Below, one piece after another: positions 16,745 through 25,560 of a DNA stretch of 64,000 nucleotides. The stretch covers positions 356,213-420,212 of the forward strand of contig JAQUAK010000001.1 of the NCBI GenBank assembly GCA_028687275.1, in the 5' to 3' direction. A model generated the notes under the pieces. It searched no databases. It was given only the letters and a program-made list of their open reading frames with translations, and was not told the DNA's origin. Made by a program: the position numbers and the translations under genes. The DNA is from Patescibacteria group bacterium (GTDB lineage Bacteria > Patescibacteriota > Patescibacteriia > Patescibacteriales > UBA12465). Numbering within the stretch: position 1 is the stretch's first letter; each line of letters opens with the position of its first letter.

Positions 16745-18160
16745 ATGAAAAAACCCGAATTGTTTTTTAGTTTTCTTTTGGTTCCACTTGATTATGCTCT
16801 ATTGTTGTTAGCTGCTGTTTCTGCATATCATCTACGTTTTTCTGATATTTCCACCGATATCAGGCCGGTAATTTTTAATTTACCTTTTGATAGTTATTTT
16901 GAGCTAGCTTTAATTATCGCTGTTGCTTGGGTGATTATTTTTGCCTTGGCAGGAATGTATAGCATTAGACAGCCTATTAATGTGGCACGTGAATTATCTA
17001 GAATTATTTTAGCTTGTTCAACTGGCCTAGCGCTCATTGCTATTTATATTTTTTTTCAAAGAGAATTATTTGATTCTCGTTTTATTGTCATTGCTGCTTG
17101 GTTGTTATCTATTGTTTACATTAGCTTTGGACGTTTATTTATTAGATTTCTAAGAAGACGTTTATATCGTTTCGGCATTGGCTCAAAAAGAATTGTGTTA
17201 GTCGGCAATAGCAAGACAACGGATAAGCTCTTGTCTGAGTTTGCTATTAATCCTTATCTTGGTTTTAAAGTGGTAAAACGCTTAAGAGATTTTTCTTTAG
17301 ATAGCGCTCAAGAATTATTAGAGATAATGAAGACCTCAGCAGTAGATGACATTATGCAAAGTGACCCTAATTTAACTAAGGCCGAATCTTTGCGTTTGTA
17401 TGATTTTGCTTCCGAATATCATTTAACTTATAAATATGTAGCTGATTTGCTTGAGGTTAAAGTTTTACGTACCGAGGTCACCAGTATGCTTGGCATTCCC
17501 ATTGTTGAGGTTAAGAAAACTACGCTTGATGGTTGGGGTAGAATTTGGAAGCGTCTACTGGATATAATTGGCTCTAGTTTATTAATATTAATATTTTCTC
17601 CGATTTTGCTTTTGGTAGCCTTGGCGGTAAAGTTAGATTCACGTGGCCCAATCTTTTTTTCTAATCGTGATGACGGCTCAGTTGTAACTCGCGTGGGCGA
17701 AGGGGGCAAGCCTTTTCGTTATTTTAAATTTCGTTCCATGGTAGTTAATTCTGATAATATGCGCTATCGCGAATTAGCTGATAATAATTTACGCACCGAT
17801 GGTCCTTTGGTAAAAATTAAAGATGATCCTAGGGTCACTAATGTAGGCAAAGTTATTCGTCGCTGGTCTTTAGATGAGTTACCAGAATTATTTTTAGTTT
17901 TTATGGGTAAGATGAGTCTAGTCGGGCCACGACCACATTTACCAGAAGAGGTGGCTAAATATGAGCACCATCATCGTAAAACTCTAACCGTTAAACCAGG
18001 TATTACTGGTTTGGCACAGGTTTCTGGTCGCAGCGATTTATTATTTGAAGAGGAAGTAAAATTGGATGTTTATTATTTAGAAAACTGGTCTTTATTTTTA
18101 GATGTTTCAATACTATTAAAAACACCTTTAGCGGTCTTAAAACATCGTGAGGCTGAATAA
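16745..18160 (+). CDS. Polyprenyl-phosphate glycosylphosphotransferase (WbaP/EpsB-like, Bac_transf family)
   Basis: N-terminal TM bundle and linker, then a C-terminal LDELPELFLVFMGKMSLVGPRPHLPEEV...KPGITGLAQVSGRSDL catalytic domain. Confidence 0.9.
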   Translation: MKKPELFFSFLLVPLDYALLLLAAVSAYHLRFSDISTDIRPVIFNLPFDSYFELALIIAVAWVIIFALAGMYSIRQPINVARELSRIILACSTGLALIAIYIFFQRELFDSRFIVIAAWLLSIVYISFGRLFIRFLRRRLYRFGIGSKRIVLVGNSKTTDKLLSEFAINPYLGFKVVKRLRDFSLDSAQELLEIMKTSAVDDIMQSDPNLTKAESLRLYDFASEYHLTYKYVADLLEVKVLRTEVTSMLGIPIVEVKKTTLDGWGRIWKRLLDIIGSSLLILIFSPILLLVALAVKLDSRGPIFFSNRDDGSVVTRVGEGGKPFRYFKFRSMVVNSDNMRYRELADNNLRTDGPLVKIKDDPRVTNVGKVIRRWSLDELPELFLVFMGKMSLVGPRPHLPEEVAKYEHHHRKTLTVKPGITGLAQVSGRSDLLFEEEVKLDVYYLENWSLFLDVSILLKTPLAVLKHREAE

Positions 18161-18203
18161 TTAATTAAGGTTATTAATCTGCTGATTACTAACCTTTTAA
18201 CCA

Positions 18204-19346
18204 ATGAAAGTTGCTTTAATACATGATCACCTCGCTCAGGAGGGTGGAGCAGAGAAAGTTCTAAAAGTCTTAGCTGACATGTTTCCGGAGGCTCCAATCT
18301 ATACTCTTCTTTACGAGAAAAAAAATGTTGATAAAAATTTTGCTGGCCGTCACATAGAGACCTCAGTTATTCAGCGTTTGCCAGGAGGAGTTCGCCACTA
18401 TAAATGGTATTTATTTCTCATGCCCATGGCAGTGGAATTTTTTGATTTGCGTCCTTATGACCTAGTTATTTCTGACGCTAGTGCTTTCGCTAAGGGGGTG
18501 ATTACTAATCCAGAAACTTTACATATTTGCTATTGTCATACCCCCACCCGTTATTTATGGAGCGACACACATCAGTATCTAAATGAACTAAAATATAATA
18601 AATGGATTAAAAAAATTATTTCTTTAACCTTGGGGCGCTTACGTCTGTGGGATTTTAGTGCTGCTCAAAGAGTTGATTATTTTATCGCAAATTCGAGTAC
18701 AGTACAAAAAAGAATTACCAAGTTTTATCGACGCGAATCAGAAATTATTTATCCGCCAGTTGAAACTCATAAATTTAAGATCGCTAATTTAAAGGAGCAG
18801 GGTCGTAATGAACGCTATTTTCTCTTAGGCTGTCGTCTAGCCCCCTATAAAAGGGTTGATATTGTTGTTCAAGCTTTTAAGGTACTAGGCCCTGATTATC
18901 ACTTGAAGATATTTGGAGATGGACTTGATTTGCCGCGTTTGCGCAAACTAGCTGGTGATGCTAGTAATATTGAATTTTTAGGTCGGGTGAGCGAAGAGCA
19001 AAAAATTGATTTGTATGCTCACGCCCTAGCTTTTATTAACCCTCAAGAAGAAGATTTTGGCATTACTGCGGTTGAGTCTATGGCTTCTGGTCGTCCGGTT
19101 CTAGCCTATAAACGTGGTGGCGCTACCGAAACTATTATTGAAAATGAAAGTGGCTTATTTTTTAAAGAACAAACAGCCGCCGCCATTATGAGCTTGGTTC
19201 GTCATTTTCTTGAAGATATTGATCAAGGTAGAAAGGTTTGGAATTCTGAAGAAATAAAATTACAGGCAGAGAAGTATTCGGTTGCAAATTTTAAAAAACA
19301 AATACTAGCTATGATTGAAGCCAAGAAAAATAATTTATCAAGTTAG
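18204..19346 (+). CDS. Glycosyltransferase family 4
   Basis: MKVALIHDHLAQEGGAEKVL... and C-terminal EEDFGITAVESMASGRPVLAYKRGGATE (the E-x7-E region of GT4). Confidence 0.85.
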   Translation: MKVALIHDHLAQEGGAEKVLKVLADMFPEAPIYTLLYEKKNVDKNFAGRHIETSVIQRLPGGVRHYKWYLFLMPMAVEFFDLRPYDLVISDASAFAKGVITNPETLHICYCHTPTRYLWSDTHQYLNELKYNKWIKKIISLTLGRLRLWDFSAAQRVDYFIANSSTVQKRITKFYRRESEIIYPPVETHKFKIANLKEQGRNERYFLLGCRLAPYKRVDIVVQAFKVLGPDYHLKIFGDGLDLPRLRKLAGDASNIEFLGRVSEEQKIDLYAHALAFINPQEEDFGITAVESMASGRPVLAYKRGGATETIIENESGLFFKEQTAAAIMSLVRHFLEDIDQGRKVWNSEEIKLQAEKYSVANFKKQILAMIEAKKNNLSS

Positions 19347-19350
19347 CTTT

Positions 19351-20493
19351 ATGAAGATAGGTGTTGATGTGAGGGTATTAATGGATAAACACTATAGCGG
19401 GGTATCTCAATATGCCTCTTCTTTACTACGGGCAATGATGCACTTGGATAAAGAAGACGAATTCCGTCTTTTTTACAATTCTTATCACGATGTTAGAGCT
19501 AATATTGGGACTTTTAATCATCCTCGTGTAATTACTAAGCGTACTCGTATCCCTAATAAAATATTTAACTACTGTCTACAAAAAGGCTTATCTTGGCCTA
19601 AATTAGATAAAGTTATCGGTGGTTCAGATATTTTTTGGTCGCCACATATTAATTTTACCAACCTTTCACCGCAGACAAAGCATGTTTTAACTATTCATGA
19701 TATTTCTTTTTTACACTACCCAGAATTTTTTAGTTATCGTAAAAATTTTTGGCATCGAGCTTTAGCTTTAAAAAAATTAGTGGATAAATGCACCGCGATT
19801 GTGGCCGTTTCGGAAAATACTCGTCGTGATATTATTGATCTATTAAATGTGCCTGAAGAGAAAGTGAGAACTATTTATTCTGGTCTTAATTTAAGTGTGT
19901 CTTTGCCTGGGCCAGATGAAGAGAAAAGTTTTTTTAATCGTCACGAGCTTAAATCTGATTTTATTCTTTATCTAGGCACAATTGAGCCAAGAAAAAATAT
20001 TGCTGGCTTAATTTACGCTTATAATCGTTTACGTGATAAGAATATACACCTAGTGGATGTGCAATTAGTTTTGGCGGGTGCTAATGGTTGGCGTAATCGG
20101 GCTATTTATCGTGCTTGGGAAAATTCTCCTTATCGCCGTGATATTAAATTCTTAGGTTATGTAACAGACAGAGAAAAAGAACTCCTTTATCAGCGAGCAC
20201 AAGTATTTATTTATCCTTCATACTACGAAGGCTTTGGCTTGCCCCCACTAGAGGCAATGGAACACTCTTTGCCTGTTATTACTAGTAATGTCTCTAGTTT
20301 GCCTGAAGTAGTGGGTACGGCAGCCTTGTCTATTAATCCCTATGACATTAATGCCATCGCTAAAGCCTTGGAATTAGTAGTGACAAACCCTGAGTTAAAG
20401 GCAAGCTTAATCAAGGCTGGTAAAGAGCAGATTAAACAATTTTCTTGGGAAAAAACAGCTAAAGAGTATTTAGAATTATTTAAGAGCCTCTAA
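19351..20493 (+). CDS. Glycosyltransferase family 4
   Basis: ATG 19351 ([10 protein letters not shown]) is preferred over the track start at 19315. [29 protein letters not shown]. Confidence 0.85.
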   Translation: MKIGVDVRVLMDKHYSGVSQYASSLLRAMMHLDKEDEFRLFYNSYHDVRANIGTFNHPRVITKRTRIPNKIFNYCLQKGLSWPKLDKVIGGSDIFWSPHINFTNLSPQTKHVLTIHDISFLHYPEFFSYRKNFWHRALALKKLVDKCTAIVAVSENTRRDIIDLLNVPEEKVRTIYSGLNLSVSLPGPDEEKSFFNRHELKSDFILYLGTIEPRKNIAGLIYAYNRLRDKNIHLVDVQLVLAGANGWRNRAIYRAWENSPYRRDIKFLGYVTDREKELLYQRAQVFIYPSYYEGFGLPPLEAMEHSLPVITSNVSSLPEVVGTAALSINPYDINAIAKALELVVTNPELKASLIKAGKEQIKQFSWEKTAKEYLELFKSL

Positions 20494-20494
20494 T

Positions 20495-20932
20495 ATGCGT
20501 GTAGTTATTCAGCGAGTGACTTCGGCCGCCGTTAAATTAAATAATGAAAAAATTAGTCAGATTGGTGCTGGCTTTTTGGTGTTAGTGGCGGTTAAAGTTG
20601 GCGATGGGGAAAAAGAGGTGAAAAAAATAGCTGAAAAGATTGCTCATTTACGCATTTTAGAAGATGCTGAGGGCAAGATGAATTTATCATTGCTTGATAA
20701 AAAACAAAGCGTTTTGCTAGTTTCACAATTTACTCTCTATGGTGATTGTGAGCGTGGTAACCGCCCTAGCTTTATTCAATCAGCTCGACCAGAACAAGCC
20801 TTACCTTTATTTAACTTACTAAAAACTGAATTAGACAAGTATATTAATGATGTTCAGATTGGCGCCTTTGGTGAGTATATGCAAATTAATTTAATTAATG
20901 ATGGTCCAACTACAATTGTGCTTGATGTGTAA
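20495..20932 (+). CDS. dtd: D-aminoacyl-tRNA deacylase
   Basis: MRVVIQRV...SQFTLYGDCERGNRPSF...INDGPTT. Confidence 0.92.
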   Translation: MRVVIQRVTSAAVKLNNEKISQIGAGFLVLVAVKVGDGEKEVKKIAEKIAHLRILEDAEGKMNLSLLDKKQSVLLVSQFTLYGDCERGNRPSFIQSARPEQALPLFNLLKTELDKYINDVQIGAFGEYMQINLINDGPTTIVLDV

Positions 20933-20943
20933 GCTATTAAAAG

Positions 20944-22026
20944 ATGAAAATAAAGAAATTAAAAATATTAGTGGCTATGTCTGGAGGAGTTGATTCTTCA
21001 GTGGCTGCTCAATTATTAAAAAATCAGGGGCATGATATTACCGGAGTTTTTTTATATTTTTGGAAGGACACTAAAGCACCTGGTAAGGTAGAAAATAAGG
21101 CTTCTTCTAAGCCGGCCTTGCTTGATGCGCGGGCAGTGGCAAAAAAGATTGGCATACCGCTTATCACTCTTAATTACACTAAGGAATTTAAAAGGGATGT
21201 GGTTGATTATTTTTTATCTGAGTATCAAGCTGGCCGCACTCCTAACCCCTGTGTCGTTTGTAATAAGCAGGTTAAACTTGGTTTATTATTAAAATACGCC
21301 AAAGCTAATGGTTATGACGCCTTAGCCACTGGACATTATTTAAAACGTTTAGAAAAAGATGGGGAAGTGAGAATTTATAAGGCTAAAGATAATAAAAAGG
21401 ATCAATCTTATTTCTTGTACACTTTAGAGCAGGATGAATTAAAGCGTTTATATTTCCCGCTCGGTACTTATAATAAACCGAGAGTGAGAGAAATAGCAGG
21501 AGAGTTCGGACTAATTACCGCTTCTAAATCCGATAGTCAGGATATTTGTTTTTTAAGTGGTCCCCATAATAATTTTCTAAAACGGTATTTAAAATTAGTG
21601 CCGGGAGAAATTAAAAGACAGGAGGACGGCCAAGTTGTTGGTGAACATCAGGGATTAGCTTTATATACCATTGGCCAAAGACGTGGAATTGAAGTCGGTG
21701 GCACAGGTCCGTATTATGTAGCGGAGATGGACTATAAGAAAAATATTTTATGGGTGGTTAGGACTTGGAATGACAATTTACTGTATCAGCGTAATTTTTC
21801 GATTCAGAATGTTACTTGGTTGAGCAAAAAAGCGCCAACCATGCCTTATCGTTGTCGTGTAGTTATTCGTTATGGACATCCAGCCCTTCCTTGTTTAGTG
21901 ACAAAAGGGAAGAATAAGCAGAGTTTAAATATAAAATTATCTAAAAATACTCGAGCTATTACTTCTGGACAAAGCGCCGTTTTCTATCAAGGTCAGAGAC
22001 TTTTAGGCGGTGGGGTTATTCAGTAG
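20944..22026 (+). CDS. mnmA: tRNA-specific 2-thiouridylase MnmA
   Basis: VAMSGGVDSSVAA PP-loop, NPCVVCNK, DQSYFLY. Confidence 0.93.
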   Translation: MKIKKLKILVAMSGGVDSSVAAQLLKNQGHDITGVFLYFWKDTKAPGKVENKASSKPALLDARAVAKKIGIPLITLNYTKEFKRDVVDYFLSEYQAGRTPNPCVVCNKQVKLGLLLKYAKANGYDALATGHYLKRLEKDGEVRIYKAKDNKKDQSYFLYTLEQDELKRLYFPLGTYNKPRVREIAGEFGLITASKSDSQDICFLSGPHNNFLKRYLKLVPGEIKRQEDGQVVGEHQGLALYTIGQRRGIEVGGTGPYYVAEMDYKKNILWVVRTWNDNLLYQRNFSIQNVTWLSKKAPTMPYRCRVVIRYGHPALPCLVTKGKNKQSLNIKLSKNTRAITSGQSAVFYQGQRLLGGGVIQ

Positions 22027-22044
22027 TCAAATTGATAGTTATTT

Positions 22045-22074
22045 AAAAAAACCGCTTTTTTAGGCGGTTTTAAA
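22045..22074. terminator. Bidirectional terminator overlapping the 3' end of the minus-strand gene
   Basis: AAACCGC / GCGGTTT stem. The stop codon of 22060..22608 lies in the loop. Confidence 0.7.
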
Positions 22075-22608
22075 ATATCTTTCTAGTTTCTTATGACTAA
22101 GAATGCATAATAGAGGTGTAATGCTTATTAACTTGATATCTGTCCATAAATTTTTATTTTTTATGTACTCTATATCATGTCTAAATTTATTTAGAGTATT
22201 ACCATCATGGCCACAAAAAATTTGTCCTGGACCAGTTATGCCTGGCTTTGTTGCTAAACGGCAGCTTGGAAAAATCTCTTGTTTTTCTGGTGTATATGGC
22301 CTTGGCCCAACTAAATTCATGTCACCCCTTAAAACTATAAATAGTTCGGGAGTTTCGTCAATGTGAGTACAACGTAGAATTTTTCCGATAGGTGTTACTC
22401 TGCCGTTGTCATCCATTGTCCGGAATTTAAAATATTTAAAAGCTTGGCCATTTTGCCCGATTCTTATTACGGCTTCGCCATTCTTTTTTCTATGATAAAT
22501 TACTGGACCGCCTGAGCTAATTTTTATCGCCAGGGCAGTTAAGATCATAATCGGCATAAGTACTATTAAAAGTATTATGGCTATTAGATAATTTAAGGCT
22601 TTACTCAT
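22060..22608 (-). CDS. Short (182-aa) sugar phosphotransferase, Bac_transf catalytic domain only
   Basis: One N-terminal TM, then DETPELFIVLRGDMNLVGPRPYTPEK...KPGITGPGQ. Confidence 0.85.
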   Translation of the reverse strand: MSKALNYLIAIILLIVLMPIMILTALAIKISSGGPVIYHRKKNGEAVIRIGQNGQAFKYFKFRTMDDNGRVTPIGKILRCTHIDETPELFIVLRGDMNLVGPRPYTPEKQEIFPSCRLATKPGITGPGQIFCGHDGNTLNKFRHDIEYIKNKNLWTDIKLISITPLLCILSHKKLERYFKTA

Positions 22609-22790
22609 GGCAAATGTTTTTTGAGATTATTATTAAATTTTAAAGAATATAAAAATATATAATATTTTTATATTTATGTCAACCATTAACAAAAATAGTT
22701 TTTTTATTTTTTAAGGCTTGTGCTATAATCATTTTGTCTCCCTTCAAATTATTCGGAAGAGAGATTTTAATTTTTTATAATTATTGTCCT

Positions 22791-23144
22791 ATGTCTCAAC
22801 TCAACCAAGTTTTTACACGCTTACAAGAACAGCAAAAACAGCAACGCGAATTAAAAAGAATGTATCGAGATGCCTTGGCCGTGAATGCTAATTACCATCA
22901 GGCAGTTGAAGAATTAGACGCTTTAAAGATAAAAAAGAAACAAATAGAAGCTTCGGTTAAGTCAGATTTAAAAGAGGAATTTGATAAATTAGAGGGTTTA
23001 AAACTTAATATAGCTGGTGATAAGCAGATGTTGAGTGACATTGCTTTAACTCATTTTAGTAAAGGCGAACCAGTCAAAGTAACTGATGAAAATCAGGTTG
23101 AGTATGAACCAATATTTAATGTTAGATTTCAAAAGATTAGATAA
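22791..23144 (+). CDS. Hypothetical coiled-coil protein (117 aa)
   Basis: ATG 22791 is preferred, because the track TTG at 22734 lies about 5 nt after a TGcTATAAT extended -10 (22721-22729). Q/K/E-rich heptad-like sequence. Confidence 0.55.
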   Translation: MSQLNQVFTRLQEQQKQQRELKRMYRDALAVNANYHQAVEELDALKIKKKQIEASVKSDLKEEFDKLEGLKLNIAGDKQMLSDIALTHFSKGEPVKVTDENQVEYEPIFNVRFQKIR

Positions 23145-23256
23145 GGAGCTTAGAGTTATTTATTAAAGCTTAGAGAATTCAATTAAAATTATTTCTTTAG
23201 AAAGACGCTGTAATCATGTCTATAATTTAAAATAAATTATTAATACTTTTACTACT

Positions 23257-23281
23257 AAAAAACTCCCTTACGGGAGTTTTT
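23257..23281. terminator. Terminator hairpin downstream of tRNA-Leu (usable on both strands)
   Basis: ACTCCC / GGGAGT stem, TTAC loop, flanked by A5 and T5. Confidence 0.75.
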
Positions 23282-23284
23282 ATG

Positions 23285-23368
23285 TGCCGCGAGAGGGAAT
23301 CGAACCCTCACAGAGTTTCCCCTACACGAGTTTGAGTCGTGCGCGTCTACCAGTTCCGCCATCGCGGC
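23285..23368 (-). tRNA. tRNA-Leu (anticodon CAA), no encoded CCA
   Basis: Reverse complement is GCCGCGATGGCGGAACTGGTAGACGCGCACGACTCAAACTCGTGT...GAGGGTTCGATTCCCTCTCGCGGCA. It folds with a 7-bp acceptor stem, a CACGA/TCGTG anticodon stem, loop CTCAAAC and a long variable arm. Confidence 0.93.
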
Positions 23369-23407
23369 AGTTTGTAATTGCTTTGTTCTTAGGTAATTAC
23401 GAATTAA

Positions 23408-23458
23408 AGTATAATAAATATAGATTTTATTGTCAAAGCCTGTTAGATAAGTTATAAT
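23408..23458. promoter_or_regulatory. Back-to-back divergent promoters (tRNA-Leu on -, parA on +) with overlapping -35 hexamers
   Basis: Minus: TTGACA (23436-23431), 17 nt, TATACT (23413-23408). Plus: TTGTCA (23430-23435), 17 nt, TATAAT (23453-23458). Confidence 0.5.
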
Positions 23459-23512
23459 AAACATATTGATGAGAAAAATTTTACCCTCTTTTTCAAAAAA
23501 TTAGTGCTATCT

Positions 23513-24325
23513 ATGGGAAAAATAATTGCCGTTGTTAATCAAAAGGGTGGTGTCGGTAAGACAACCACGACTGTTAATTTAGGGGCTTATCTGGCGGAAG
23601 CGGGTAAGTCAGTTTTGTTAATTGATCTTGATCCTCAGGCTAATGCTACTTCTGGCCTTGGTATCGAGCATAAAGAACTAGAAGCAGGTGTCTATGAAGC
23701 TCTTTTGGGTCAAAAAAGCTTATCTGAGGTTATTGTTAAGACTTCTCAAGATAAATATAGCGTAGCACCAGCCACTGTTTCCTTAGCGGGCGCCGGTATT
23801 GAGATGGTGGCCTTAGAAAATCGTGAATTTCGTTTAGCCCTACTCTTAGAAGAAGTGCTTGATAACTATGATTTTATCATTATTGATGGCCCGCCTTCCT
23901 TAGGCTTATTGACCGTCAATAGTTTAGTGGCGGCTGATGAAGTTTTGATTCCCATACAAAGTGAATATTTTGCTTTAGAAGGTTTAAGTCAACTCCTCGA
24001 TACGATTAAATTAGTTCAAGATAATTTAAAGCCGGCCTTAAATATTATGGGGACAGTGGTCACAATGTTTGATCGGCGTAATAAATTATCAGGAGCTGTT
24101 TTAGAAGAGCTAAAACAGTATTTTCCTGGAAAAGTATTTGATTCGATTATTCCTCGTAGCGTCAGACTGGCAGAAGCGCCTAGTTATGGTAAAAGTATTT
24201 TACACTATGACCCGCGCTCAAAAGGAGCTAAAGCTTATGAAGGCTTAGCTAAAGAAGTGATTGCCTTGAGTAAAAATATGAATATTAATATACAGCCTGA
24301 GGAAGAAAGTGTTTTTCAGATATAA
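23513..24325 (+). CDS. parA: Chromosome partitioning ATPase ParA/Soj
   Basis: KIIAVVNQKGGVGKTTTTVNLGAYLA deviant Walker A. ATG 23513 is preferred over GTG 23504. Confidence 0.93.
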   Translation: MGKIIAVVNQKGGVGKTTTTVNLGAYLAEAGKSVLLIDLDPQANATSGLGIEHKELEAGVYEALLGQKSLSEVIVKTSQDKYSVAPATVSLAGAGIEMVALENREFRLALLLEEVLDNYDFIIIDGPPSLGLLTVNSLVAADEVLIPIQSEYFALEGLSQLLDTIKLVQDNLKPALNIMGTVVTMFDRRNKLSGAVLEELKQYFPGKVFDSIIPRSVRLAEAPSYGKSILHYDPRSKGAKAYEGLAKEVIALSKNMNINIQPEEESVFQI

Positions 24326-24354
24326 TAAATTTCTCAATCAATAATAAATAATAT

Positions 24355-25233
24355 ATGTCACAAGCTTTAGGACGTGGTTTGGGCTCACTGATTCCCAAAA
24401 AAACACCAGAAGTAAATAATGATAGCAATAGCATCGGCGTAGACACCCCTGTTTTAACTGACGCTGATCGCATTTTTTATATTAATCCAACAGAAATTGT
24501 TATCAATCCTTATCAGCCTAGACATAATTTTAGTGAGGTTGCTTTAACTGAGCTAATGGATTCAATTAAGGAGCATGGTTTATTACAACCATTAGTGGTA
24601 ACAAGAAAAGGAGACGGTTATGAACTTATTGCCGGCGAACGTCGTTGGCGCAGTGTTAAGGCTCTTGGTCTAAAGAAGGTGCCGGTATTAGTTAGGGCTG
24701 CTAGTGAGCAGAAGAAACTGGAGTTATCTTTAATTGAGAACGTGCAACGTCAGGATCTTGACCCAGTAGAAACGGCTCGAGCTTATCGTCGTTTAATGGA
24801 TGAATTTAATTTAACTCAGGAAGAGACAGCTAAGAAAATGGGTAAGGCTCGTTCTAGTGTCGCTAACATTCTGCGCTTATTAGATTTGCCTTTAGATATA
24901 CAAGAAGCCTTATCAAGTGGACGTATTACCGAGGCTCATGCTAAATATTTATTGGGCATCGCTAGCCCGGTGCAACAGGCAATTTTATTTAAGAAAATAA
25001 TTAATCAGAATTTAACAGTCATGCAGACAAGTGAAGAGACTAAACGGATTGGTGGCACCAAGTCAGCTCGTATTAGTATTAATTACGCCGATCAGGATAA
25101 AGAAAAAATATTACGCTCATTTTTTGGCACTAAAGTTAAAATTAGTCGTCGTGGTCGCGGTGGCAAAGTAGCGCTTGATTTTTATAGTGATGAAGAATTA
25201 GCTAATATTATTGACAAAGTAGAAAATATATAG
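24355..25233 (+). CDS. parB: Chromosome partitioning protein ParB/Spo0J
   Basis: INPYQPRHNF...LLQPLVV...GERRWRS ParB box, followed by an HTH region. Confidence 0.93.
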   Translation: MSQALGRGLGSLIPKKTPEVNNDSNSIGVDTPVLTDADRIFYINPTEIVINPYQPRHNFSEVALTELMDSIKEHGLLQPLVVTRKGDGYELIAGERRWRSVKALGLKKVPVLVRAASEQKKLELSLIENVQRQDLDPVETARAYRRLMDEFNLTQEETAKKMGKARSSVANILRLLDLPLDIQEALSSGRITEAHAKYLLGIASPVQQAILFKKIINQNLTVMQTSEETKRIGGTKSARISINYADQDKEKILRSFFGTKVKISRRGRGGKVALDFYSDEELANIIDKVENI

Positions 25234-25265
25234 TAATTTAAGGTCAAATATAAAATCTTCAGATT

Positions 25266-25409
25266 ATGGAAAGCTTCTTAAATTCTTCTTTAGGCATAGT
25301 TTTAAGTATTGCTGCTGCCTCAATTTTAGTGGTTGTGATATTTGCCATTATTGAAAGAAAAGTACAACGCCGAAAAAGGCATAAAGCTCTGAGGAGGGGG
25401 CGAAAATAA
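25266..25409 (+). CDS. 47-aa single-TM micro-protein downstream of parB
   Basis: MESFLNSSLGIVLSIAAASILVVVIFAIIERKVQRRKRHKALRRGRK. Hydrophobic helix plus an Arg/Lys tail. A terminator follows at 25438-25468. Below the track size cut-off. Confidence 0.35.
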   Translation: MESFLNSSLGIVLSIAAASILVVVIFAIIERKVQRRKRHKALRRGRK

Positions 25410-25437
25410 TAAATTTAAATCCGAAAGGATTGTACCT

Positions 25438-25468
25438 AAAGGGGCTTAATACAGCCTCTTTTCTTTTT
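25438..25468 (+). terminator. Rho-independent terminator (parAB unit)
   Basis: AAGGGGCT / AGCCTCTT imperfect stem followed by TTTCTTTTT. Confidence 0.6.
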
Positions 25469-25560
25469 AGCTAAAATTTAGGCAATTAGTCAGATTGCGG
25501 ACTTGAGCTAAAGTTGTTATAGTTTAAAGATAAAAATAGCCTTAATATTTATTAATTTTC

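Noticed and set aside
23255-23464. 69-aa minus-strand ORF
   Set aside because: It reads through tRNA-Leu(CAA) and its promoter. Not coding.
23513-25233. Search for a canonical parS (TGTTTCACGTGAAACA) near parAB
   Set aside because: No full or near-full match seen by eye anywhere in the window. Only a half-site-like CGTGAAAC occurs, inside lysS (about 46493). No parS call made.
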